Virus record (IMG/VR): IMGVR_UViG_3300042319_000905
Span: 1 to 24,310 of that record
Origin: a virus
Lineage: Duplodnaviria > Caudoviricetes
Strand: one strand, 5' to 3'
DNA length: 24,310 nucleotides
Shown here one piece after another: positions 1 to 7,866 of this stretch. A program made the position numbers and the translations under genes. The notes under the pieces were generated by a model. It did not search any database, had not been told where the DNA came from, and worked only from the letters and a program-made list of their open reading frames with translations. Position 1 is the stretch's first letter; each line of letters starts with the position of its first letter.

Positions 1-367
1 ACTCATCTACAAGACGCTGAAGTCTTCTAACTTCTTGCAATAAAGTTTCATTTTGATCTTTAATAAATTTAGCACTACTATTAACACTGGCTTCAAAATT
101 TGCAACTTGATTCTTTAGGGCTTTATTTTCTTCTAAAGCAGCATTAAGTTGGGATTGCATACTTAAAAATTCAATTTTTAAATTTTCTAAATCTGTAGGA
201 GTTAAATTATTTCCTACTGTGCTTTCTACATAACTCTTGTACGTATCTCTCTCGTCATTAGCCATTTGCAATTGAGACTCAAGTACAATGATCTGAGCCT
301 GAAAAGAATTTAATTTTTGATTTGTCTTATCAATAATTACATTAAAAAATTTACTCTGGTCTTCCAT
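1..367 (-). CDS. Hypothetical coiled-coil protein, 3' end runs off the window (not in ORF track)
   Basis: Translated by hand from ATG at 367: MEDQSKFFNVIIDKTNQKLNSFQAQIIVLESQLQMANDERD...LNAALEENKALKNQVANF...LLQEVRRLQRLVDE, open to base 1. Heptad-like L/E/Q/K pattern. GGGGTG SD-like site at 371-376 and late promoter at 398-405. Confidence 0.8.
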   Translation of the reverse strand, partial: MEDQSKFFNVIIDKTNQKLNSFQAQIIVLESQLQMANDERDTYKSYVESTVGNNLTPTDLENLKIEFLSMQSQLNAALEENKALKNQVANFEASVNSSAKFIKDQNETLLQEVRRLQRLVDE

Positions 368-378
368 ATTCACCCCAT

Positions 379-416
379 AAAAAATAACGTTATAGTATAT
401 TTATAGGCGTTATTTT
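379..416 (-). terminator. Possible weak intrinsic terminator (inverted repeat enclosing a late promoter)
   Basis: AAAATAACG (381-389) is complementary to CGTTATTTT (408-416). On the minus strand the 3' arm ends in U6 (379-384). It lies at the stop of the 464-aa gene. The stem is AU-rich with a large loop, so it is weak. Confidence 0.4.
396..405 (-). promoter_or_regulatory. T4-type late promoter TATAAATA(TA)
   Basis: Exact gp55 late-promoter consensus at 398-405, intergenic, 30 nt upstream of ATG 367. Confidence 0.8.
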
Positions 417-1809
417 AATACGTTCCTCCGTCGATACCACCAAACTCCGGCGTACCATTTGTACCGGCTTTAAGTACTTGCCCAGAAGTACCAGCAGCCG
501 TTACTTTTAATGCACCTGTTGCGTTACCAAACAATATACCATTAGCTGTAAATGTACCTCTACCCGTACCGCCATCTACTACTGCAATATTAGCAGTAAG
601 GCCTGATACTGTACCACCAGTTAAATTAGCAACTAAGGATGCAATAGTGTATCCAGAATCAGAAGTACTGATTGTGTTGCCAGTAGGATTAACAGTAGAG
701 CCCTCAAAGACTCTAAACTTACCGTCATTGTGATCTCTATAAAGACCGGAGTAATTAACATTACCCCCACTTACATATTCACCAAAGAAGCCAAGATCTA
801 ATGAATTACCAGGGTTAGCATTTCCAAACTTAACTAATGAGTCATTAATACTGACTGTAGCTGTTTGTAATGTGGTTGCTGTACCTCTAATGAACAAGTT
901 GCCCTGTACAGTTAAGTTATTGTTAACAGTAACATCGTTAGGTAAGCTTAAGGTAATACCACCAGTACTTGCAGATGCAGTAATTTGATCGGCGGTTCCA
1001 GTAACAGAGGTAACACCAGAGTTGGTAACAGTAATGTTTGCATTTTCACCGGCGGCTCCAGATAAGGATATACCTGACCCAGCAGTAATATTACCAACAA
1101 AGTAACCTGTTGTATCAGCACCAAGTGCAACAGAATTGGCAGCAATTGTGGCAGTTAAAGTAACATTACCTGAACCGTCAAACAATACGTTACCTGTTAA
1201 GTCACCGGCAAGCCCGATGTCTCTTGCATTAGTCAAGGCATTGGCAGTATTGGCAACGTTAGAGGAAGCAGAGGCAGATATACCTTTGGTACCAATATAA
1301 CGGTAACCGGTAATAAAGATTACTTTAGAAGAGGTTAATGAGGCAGGAATTGTTCCGCCAATGAAGTTTAATACTCCGGATACATAATCGAAATACCATT
1401 CACCTACACCGGAGATACCAGCATCAGATAATGCAGTATTACCAGTAGGGTCAGCAGTACCAGCGGTATCAGCATATACTTTAACAAAGTAAGTAGAACC
1501 AAATTCTGGAGGAATCCAATCAGTTAGTCCTGTTTTCCAGGTAGGGTATACACTAGAGATAGGGGTTGTGGTAGCATCAGCGGTACATTGAACTCTTGCT
1601 GTAGTCTGATATGCTTCTACAACGTTTGCGAGAGCAGCAGCGGTTGCAGGTATACTGGCCGATTGAACCCAGACTGTATCACCTCGGATAAGCGCCGGGC
1701 TTGCTATCGCCTCATTACTAGCACTTTTATTAGTGGCAAGATCAGTCTTAGTTGCGCCAAATAACTTTTTATAAAGTAAGTCAACTTTTTGTGTATCTGA
1801 AATAGCCAT
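415..1809 (-). CDS. Phage fibre / virion structural protein (464 aa)
   Basis: G/T/S/A/N-rich with an N-terminal globular domain (MAISDTQKVDLLYKK...WYFDYVSGVLNFIG). Contains a shaft repeat TANALTNARDIGLAGDLTGNVLFDGSGNV, a beta-helix-like NLTVQGNLFIRG segment and a C-terminal IDGGTY. Directly abuts the upstream gene (TAA-ATG). Confidence 0.75.
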   Translation of the reverse strand: MAISDTQKVDLLYKKLFGATKTDLATNKSASNEAIASPALIRGDTVWVQSASIPATAAALANVVEAYQTTARVQCTADATTTPISSVYPTWKTGLTDWIPPEFGSTYFVKVYADTAGTADPTGNTALSDAGISGVGEWYFDYVSGVLNFIGGTIPASLTSSKVIFITGYRYIGTKGISASASSNVANTANALTNARDIGLAGDLTGNVLFDGSGNVTLTATIAANSVALGADTTGYFVGNITAGSGISLSGAAGENANITVTNSGVTSVTGTADQITASASTGGITLSLPNDVTVNNNLTVQGNLFIRGTATTLQTATVSINDSLVKFGNANPGNSLDLGFFGEYVSGGNVNYSGLYRDHNDGKFRVFEGSTVNPTGNTISTSDSGYTIASLVANLTGGTVSGLTANIAVVDGGTGRGTFTANGILFGNATGALKVTAAGTSGQVLKAGTNGTPEFGGIDGGTY

Positions 1810-4767
1810 TTAATTGCTCGCTGTTTCTAATGAGAGAGCAGTAACGGTCTGCCCACTGGTTAATTTTATCCTCACATATATCTCATTAGTAGCTGTATCC
1901 GAACTAGAGACTGTGCCAAAAGTACAAGTCTTACTATGTGCAGTTACTGCTGAATTCAAAGTTACAACCCCACCTAGCGCACAACCATTTGATCCATTAC
2001 CCCCAGCACCTGCACCTGGTACACCTGCACCACCATACGCAATACTCATATCCACCCAACCATTCAAGGTAGAGGATGTATCGATTGTACTACCTGGTAA
2101 TGCAACCCAGAGCCCGGCAATAGTACCTGTAAATTTAATATTAAACTTAGATACCGATGTTCTTACAAATTTAAATGTAAAGTATTGAGCACCTGTGCGA
2201 CCTGAACTTAAATCAGGTCCAACTGGTAAATAACCTGTAGAGTAGTTTACTTGATCGTGTTTTAATACTGCACCAACAATGGTTGCACAGTTAGCTGTTA
2301 ACGTACCAGACTGACTGTTAAATGTAGTTGCATTAGCAGAATAAGCTGGATTATCTGTAGTACCAGGATTAACGATACGAGCAGCTAAGCCTGAACCAGT
2401 ACCTACAGCAGAACCAAATGTAAGAGTTGTCTCTTCCATTGAGCTGGCAGTACCAGTCTTGTAAAGAATTGTTGGTGTACCTGATACAGTAAATGCAGAA
2501 GCACCACTGCTGTTATAACCATTAGTACTGGTTAGAGAAGGTCCACTTGAACTAGAACCAAAACCAGTTGTAATAGAAGAGGTTGTAGATATTGCAACGT
2601 TACCAGATGCAACATACAGGTTTTGAGTCAGAGGGGTTGAGACCCCGGCTGCAGAGTACGTAATGCTTGCAGGGGCTTGGAATGCTCCCCCTGCCGTACC
2701 AGTTACAAAAGTATCGGTTGTAGGGTACGTGTTACCACTTAAGCTATTAATATAAGCAGCTAACGTGAAAGAAGTAGCGCTTGTATAATGAGGAACCGTA
2801 CTAGAGAAAATTCTGGTATTAGAAGATTCTGTAAGCGTCTTATTAGCAAATGACGGGGCAGCAGGATTACTATCATCATAATACCATGTTAGGGTATTTG
2901 TTGTGCCTGCTGCAGAATGGGTAATATAAACACTGTTCCAACCAGGCTTAGCAACCCCTGAGCCATTTGCATCAAAGCTTTCCCAGAACCCTTGCACAGC
3001 TCCGGTCTTAGTACCATAGTCTACGTTATCACCAATAACTAAGTTAGCACCATAGGTACCGTTATCACTACCGGTTGTTAATGCTCTTGAACCTGCAGAT
3101 GCATCATTTAAAAATAATGTTAATGTACCGCTGTCACCAGGTCCTGAATCAGGTATAGTAGATGTTACATAGGAGGCAGCTCTTCTGGCTGCAATCGTTG
3201 TACCTGCAGCAACCGTTGTGTTAGCAGATGTATTAAAGAATTGTGCAAACCCTGTTGCCATTCTACTTGAAGTTGTAGCAGAGCTCATTGTTAGAGTATT
3301 ACTACCGGCCGGGAATGCAGGAGGAGATGCAGGAACTAATTTACCAAGCACCTGATTTAATTGTGCAATACTATTTGACAATGTAGATCCAGTTGTTAAT
3401 GCTACAGCATTACTAATTAAGTTACCCTGTGTAGCTGTTCCTACAGGTATGTCAGAACCGGCAATACTGGCAGAGAAGTCAACCCCAGATTCATTAATTG
3501 TAAATGTGTTACCAGATCGGGTAAATGAACCAATAGTTCCAGCGTTACCCCCTCCGCCGTCTCCTGCTGTAGCAACTGTATAGACATTGGATACTCTACC
3601 ATATACGTCAACTGTAATTACAGGAGTATATGTGGTGTTACCGTATGTACCAGCAACAACACTGGTGTAAGCATTAGCAGCAAGCAAGGTAGTTTGGAAA
3701 GCACCAAGACCTGAAATACCTGTTGATAAAGGTAAACTAACACCGTTAGTTAAATTTATATAACTTGGTGTACCAAGATTAGATGCATTTAAAGATATAG
3801 CAGTATTAGATACCGACGTAACTCTACCGTATTGATCAACTGTAATAGATGGTATACTTGTTGTATTACCATATGTACCAGCCGTGACTCCAGAGTTTCC
3901 AAGACCAAGAGTTACATTAGCATTCTCACTTGCAGTTAAAATATTAATCGTACCGACCATACTACTATGGAATTGGCAGATATAGTATAATGTTGCAGGA
4001 GCATCTGAAGGAACAACGAATGTAATAGTTCCAACATCTATACCATTATTTGTTACTCCGGTAGAATAGGCGTTACCTGTACCTGTAGACTGGGTGGTCT
4101 TTATCCAGAATGGGTGACCTGAAGCCGATACATTAAAAGTATACGTATAACCTCTGTACAGGGTAAGTGTAGGGTTACTGGCTCCGTTGATTGTGTACGC
4201 ACTCGCACCACTATTAGTTACAGTATAGGTGTCACCGACAATTATTAAACCGGTACCAGCAAACACATTACCAACATAGCTGCCTGTAGTATCGGTACCT
4301 AATGCTACTGAATCCGCTGCAATGGTTGCGTTAATAGTAATATCTGCTGAACCATTAAAGAATGCATTACCTGTTAAATCACCACCAAGGGTAATATTTC
4401 TAGCAGTTGTTAATGTATTAGCTGTATTAGCAATCGTAGCACTGGCAGCTGAACCAGATATGTTACCGGTAAATGTATTAGCGGTAATGGAGTTGGCAGA
4501 AAAGTTACCTGAACCATCTCTTTTAACCAGGTTACCGGCTGTATTATTGGCTGTAGCACCATCGACAATATCCGTATAATACTTACCACCAACCTTGTGA
4601 ATGGATGGGGATGCATTAGCGTTTACCGATTCGATGTAAAGTATGGCTCCTGCGCCATCGGAGGATGCATCTTGTGAATAAGCTAACTCTGCTTCTGCAA
4701 GATCACTTACCGTTGGAGCGGCAATATTAGCCGTTCGCTTTATTTGAATAATTGTTCCGGTAGCCAT
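1810..4767 (-). CDS. Long tail fibre-like protein (985 aa) with Mtd-N-like head and inserted cupredoxin-like domain
   Basis: N-terminal IIQIKRT...LAEAELAY motif typical of T4-like fibre N-termini. Shaft repeats include ARNITLGGDLTG and two AGTYGNTT..ITVD.YGRV units. GHPF...YYICQFHSSM insert and a large beta-rich C-terminal region. SD AGAGGA upstream. Confidence 0.8.
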   Translation of the reverse strand: MATGTIIQIKRTANIAAPTVSDLAEAELAYSQDASSDGAGAILYIESVNANASPSIHKVGGKYYTDIVDGATANNTAGNLVKRDGSGNFSANSITANTFTGNISGSAASATIANTANTLTTARNITLGGDLTGNAFFNGSADITINATIAADSVALGTDTTGSYVGNVFAGTGLIIVGDTYTVTNSGASAYTINGASNPTLTLYRGYTYTFNVSASGHPFWIKTTQSTGTGNAYSTGVTNNGIDVGTITFVVPSDAPATLYYICQFHSSMVGTINILTASENANVTLGLGNSGVTAGTYGNTTSIPSITVDQYGRVTSVSNTAISLNASNLGTPSYINLTNGVSLPLSTGISGLGAFQTTLLAANAYTSVVAGTYGNTTYTPVITVDVYGRVSNVYTVATAGDGGGGNAGTIGSFTRSGNTFTINESGVDFSASIAGSDIPVGTATQGNLISNAVALTTGSTLSNSIAQLNQVLGKLVPASPPAFPAGSNTLTMSSATTSSRMATGFAQFFNTSANTTVAAGTTIAARRAASYVTSTIPDSGPGDSGTLTLFLNDASAGSRALTTGSDNGTYGANLVIGDNVDYGTKTGAVQGFWESFDANGSGVAKPGWNSVYITHSAAGTTNTLTWYYDDSNPAAPSFANKTLTESSNTRIFSSTVPHYTSATSFTLAAYINSLSGNTYPTTDTFVTGTAGGAFQAPASITYSAAGVSTPLTQNLYVASGNVAISTTSSITTGFGSSSSGPSLTSTNGYNSSGASAFTVSGTPTILYKTGTASSMEETTLTFGSAVGTGSGLAARIVNPGTTDNPAYSANATTFNSQSGTLTANCATIVGAVLKHDQVNYSTGYLPVGPDLSSGRTGAQYFTFKFVRTSVSKFNIKFTGTIAGLWVALPGSTIDTSSTLNGWVDMSIAYGGAGVPGAGAGGNGSNGCALGGVVTLNSAVTAHSKTCTFGTVSSSDTATNEIYVRIKLTSGQTVTALSLETASN

Positions 4768-4787
4768 GCTATCCTCTTATTGTTATT

Positions 4788-5090
4788 TTAGTAGCGACCA
4801 CCATCGACGGAAACAACTGCTGATGTTACCGCCTGGGCTACCCATTTATTTGTATCGGAATCATAAACTAAAGTAAACCCATCTTGCACAGAGGAGGTAT
4901 TAACATCACCAAGAGACGTCAATGTACCTCCGGTTGATTTTCTTACAATTAAACTTGATGGAGATGTACCACCTTGGTTCATCGCAATGGAAGAAGAGTT
5001 AACAGGTGAACCAATAGATACAGAACTAACTGTGGCTGCCGGTTGAATGACAATCGATTGATTTGTAGATGGTCTTATTGTTACTGCCAT
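4788..5090 (-). CDS. Small fibre linker/adaptor protein (100 aa)
   Basis: Contains the common phage fibre motif LTSLGDVN...DGFTLVYDSDTNKWVA and ends VDGGRY. TAATG coupling to the upstream gene. Confidence 0.7.
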   Translation of the reverse strand: MAVTIRPSTNQSIVIQPAATVSSVSIGSPVNSSSIAMNQGGTSPSSLIVRKSTGGTLTSLGDVNTSSVQDGFTLVYDSDTNKWVAQAVTSAVVSVDGGRY

Positions 5091-5425
5091 TATTTAGTCG
5101 CCTCTGGATACACTGTTACAATTCCTTCTACAACTCTTTCTACTGTCAAGGTATTGGAGTTAACTAATTCGAGATCATAAACGTAGCGCCCAGCCTTAAT
5201 GTTAGCTGATTGAGCAGCGGTAAAATTAAGGGTGATTTCCCCGTTAGCAGGGTTTGTGATTACTACTGTAAATGCAGTATTGGAAGATGAATAGTAAGAC
5301 CGTCTCATCTGAGAACGACCTGTATAGCCGGTTAGATTCCTGGCCGAACCCGTATCGTCGTTAACTGCAATAGAAACCGAGTACGTTGTTCCCTGATCTA
5401 TAGTAAGATTTGAGATACTTGCCAT
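5090..5425 (-). CDS. Conserved beta-sandwich virion protein (BppU-N-like fibre attachment adaptor), 111 aa
   Basis: NLTIDQGTTY...NLTGYTGRSQMRRSY...GEITLNFTAAQSANIKAGRYVYDLEL...RVVEGIVTV pattern, which I recall from T4-like cyanophage virion proteins. Start reassigned to ATG 5425 because of SD GAGG at 5432-5435. Confidence 0.7.
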   Translation of the reverse strand: MASISNLTIDQGTTYSVSIAVNDDTGSARNLTGYTGRSQMRRSYYSSSNTAFTVVITNPANGEITLNFTAAQSANIKAGRYVYDLELVNSNTLTVERVVEGIVTVYPEATK

Positions 5426-5446
5426 TTTTTTCCTCAATATTTATCG

Positions 5447-5456
5447 TATATTTATA
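5447..5456 (-). promoter_or_regulatory. T4-type late promoter TATAAATA(TA)
   Basis: Exact consensus at 5449-5456, with a second variant GATAAATA at 5438-5445, upstream of the SD and ATG 5425. Confidence 0.85.
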
Positions 5457-5478
5457 AAAAAAGGGCCATAAGGCCCTT
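5456..5478 (-). terminator. Rho-independent terminator
   Basis: Minus-strand RNA AAGGGCC-UUAU-GGCCCUU followed by a U run, about 20 nt after the stop of the 564-aa gene. Confidence 0.9.
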
Positions 5479-5499
5479 CGGTATTAAGTAATAAATTTT

Positions 5500-7194
5500 T
5501 TACTCATTACCTGTACGAGTAGATGGGAATTGACGAGCGCACCCTGGGTAAATAATACGAACAGCACCCTTACCAGCGGAAGTATTAGGAGTTCCTACAC
5601 CCCCTCCATAGTTACCGCCTCGGCCGTATGTTACGCCATATGGTGCACCAAAACAGTCGTAACTTGTCGATGTTGATGTTCCATTTTCACCACCTGATCC
5701 CCCCTTGCCAAAACCAGAGGTATTAGTACCACCTGGATTGCCTCCGGAAGTTCCTAATCCACTTTGTCCGCCGCTAGTTCCTTGGCCAAGGATACCTACA
5801 CCGCCGCCTCCGCCGCCTCCCCATGTGGTTCCACCACCTCCGCCGCCACCGCCACCAGATCCAGCAGCGCCTTGGGGTTGATGTGTGTATGGGGGAACAG
5901 ATGACGTATATGCTCCTTCGCCACCTGCACCTGTGTAGCCGCCAGCGCCACCGCCGCCATAAGGTGATCTTTCGTTAATTCGGTAGCCAGCGTCACCTCC
6001 AAAACCTCCGCCATCACCTGCGTAACCACCACCTTTTTCCCAGAACTGACCTGTAGTACCACTGTAACCATGTCTGCCTGAAACTGTTTCATTGCTTATA
6101 AAATACGAATTAGCTCTCTGCTCTCCAGCTACTACGCTGTATGGATTTCCTGGAACTACAGTAATGTTATTTTTCCAACCCAAACCACCGCCTCCGCCTG
6201 GGCCGTAATAAGTACTATTTCCCCCGCCACCCACCGCAACAACTGAGACTGATGTTACCCCAGCCGGTGCAACCCATGTATATGAACCGCTACATGTAAA
6301 TGCTGCTTGACCAATAACTGGCGGGGTAATACTGTTAGATGCAGCACTTGCAGACCCGGTACCAGCACTGTTAGTTGCTGTAACGGTAAAGGTATATGCT
6401 GTTCCAGGTGTCAGCCCGGTTACAGTAATGGTTCCTGAACCTGCTTGAGACAGTGTACCTGTAAGACTTCCTGGTGAAGAGGTAGCCGTGTAGGATGTAA
6501 TGGTTAGACCACCATTGCTTGCAGGTGCTGTAAATGGTACAGAAGCGGTTGTCCCAGAAACTGTTGCAGTGCCAATAGTTGGCGCCCCAGGTGCGATACC
6601 TGCTACCGCAGAAGTTGCATTGGAGTTAGCAGAGACTGCAGATACAACGTTAGTAGCAGTTACTACACAACGGATTGCATTTCCAACGTCTGCATTAACT
6701 AATGTATATGTGCTAGAAGTTGCGCCACTGATATTTGAACCAGCTCTTTGCCACTGATAGGTAAACGTTGGCGTTGGAACACCATTCCATGTACCATTGG
6801 TGGTAGACAAGGTTTGACCATTTGTTGCCGTTCCTGATACAACAGGTGCTACCGTGTTAGCTGGCGCCAGGTAGGTAGTAATTGAATTACTGGCTGAACT
6901 CGCCACACTGGTACCAACTGAGTTGGTAGCAGTAACAGTAAAGGTATAAGCAGTTCCTGTTGTTAGACCTGACACTGTTATTGTACCAGAACCTGCTTGA
7001 CTTAATGTACCAGTAACCCCACCTGGGGAAGAAGTAGCGGTGTAGCTGGTAATAGCTACGCCTCCGTCTCTTGCAGGCGCGGTAAAAGCAACAGTGGCAG
7101 TAGTTGTACTAGTTGCAGTTGCTGTACCAATGGTTGGTGCATCTGGTTTGGTGGAATAAGTTCCACCGGCGATTACTGATAAAATACCGGTCAT
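5500..7194 (-). CDS. Putative receptor-binding/adhesin protein: Fn3 - Ig-like - Fn3 - glycine-rich domain (564 aa)
   Basis: Two Fn3 repeats (PxAPTIGTAT...GGxxITSYTATSSPG...GLTxGTAYTFTVTATNS) flank an Ig-like module (TFTYQWQR...SSTYTLVNADVGNAIRCVVTATN). The C-terminal Gly-rich domain is bounded by FTCSGSYTWVAPAGVTSVSVVAVGGGG and GKGAVRIIYPG. Confidence 0.8.
   Translation of the reverse strand: MTGILSVIAGGTYSTKPDAPTIGTATATSTTTATVAFTAPARDGGVAITSYTATSSPGGVTGTLSQAGSGTITVSGLTTGTAYTFTVTATNSVGTSVASSASNSITTYLAPANTVAPVVSGTATNGQTLSTTNGTWNGVPTPTFTYQWQRAGSNISGATSSTYTLVNADVGNAIRCVVTATNVVSAVSANSNATSAVAGIAPGAPTIGTATVSGTTASVPFTAPASNGGLTITSYTATSSPGSLTGTLSQAGSGTITVTGLTPGTAYTFTVTATNSAGTGSASAASNSITPPVIGQAAFTCSGSYTWVAPAGVTSVSVVAVGGGGNSTYYGPGGGGGLGWKNNITVVPGNPYSVVAGEQRANSYFISNETVSGRHGYSGTTGQFWEKGGGYAGDGGGFGGDAGYRINERSPYGGGGAGGYTGAGGEGAYTSSVPPYTHQPQGAAGSGGGGGGGGGTTWGGGGGGGVGILGQGTSGGQSGLGTSGGNPGGTNTSGFGKGGSGGENGTSTSTSYDCFGAPYGVTYGRGGNYGGGVGTPNTSAGKGAVRIIYPGCARQFPSTRTGNE
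6325..7149 (-). repeat. Duplicated Fn3 domains (6877-7149 and 6325-6594)
   Basis: Near-identical protein segments, e.g. ITSYTATSSPG.(V/L)TGTLSQAGSGTITV.GLT.GTAYTFTVTATNS.GT...S.ASNSIT in both copies. Confidence 0.9.
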
Positions 7195-7195
7195 A

Positions 7196-7831
7196 TTAGG
7201 TCAATCCTGTTCCTGTTATAATCCAAGAGGTAGAAGTTATTTTAAGTGCGTTTGCAACACCGTATTGGGCAAGCGATCTATTTCCTGTGGTACCCTGACC
7301 ACCTAGATACATTGTATCAGAGTTAATAGAAATTGTTACTACCTGGGAGGTCATATTTGAAAATGCTATTACAGTACCGATAGGGTATGCAACCGATGCA
7401 TTTGCCGGAATGGTAAATGTTCTTGCATTAGCATCAGAGGCTGGGTGAAAGATGTGCTTACCAGAATCTGCTAAAACAGCGGTGTATGAAGCTGACTGAC
7501 TGTTTTGAGGTAGGTTTCTAAATCCAACTGCATCAGTACCATCAACGGTACAAGATGATAATGTCCCCGATGATGGAGTACCAAGTGCTGGAGAAACTAA
7601 AGTAGGACTATTAGCGAATACTAATGCACCAGACCCGGTTTCATCGGTAATTGCACTAGCTAAATTAGCACTTGACGGGGTTCCAAGAAGTGTTGCGACT
7701 CCTGTACCTAAGGATGTAATTCCTGTACCACCTTGAGCTGCTGATAGGGGGGTGGTAAGTCCGGAAATTGAAATTCCGGTAATGTTTCTACTATCATCAA
7801 TGACAGTTGTTCCGCTTACTTTAATTGCCAT
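7196..7831 (-). CDS. Short fibre / adhesin-carrier protein (211 aa)
   Basis: MAIKVSGTTVIDDSRNI start, LGTPSSANLASAITDETGSGALVFANSP shaft, and C-terminal beta-sandwich (GFRNLPQNSQSASYT...YPIGTVI...WIITGTGLT). SD AAGGA. Confidence 0.7.
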   Translation of the reverse strand: MAIKVSGTTVIDDSRNITGISISGLTTPLSAAQGGTGITSLGTGVATLLGTPSSANLASAITDETGSGALVFANSPTLVSPALGTPSSGTLSSCTVDGTDAVGFRNLPQNSQSASYTAVLADSGKHIFHPASDANARTFTIPANASVAYPIGTVIAFSNMTSQVVTISINSDTMYLGGQGTTGNRSLAQYGVANALKITSTSWIITGTGLT

Positions 7832-7866
7832 CTTCGTTCCTTATTATTGTTACTCGGCTTTATTAT

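Noticed and set aside
5500-7194. Diversity-generating retroelement target or template repeat
   Set aside because: No reverse transcriptase and no near-identical DNA repeat pair differing only at adenines in the window. The Fn3 copies differ at mixed synonymous positions.
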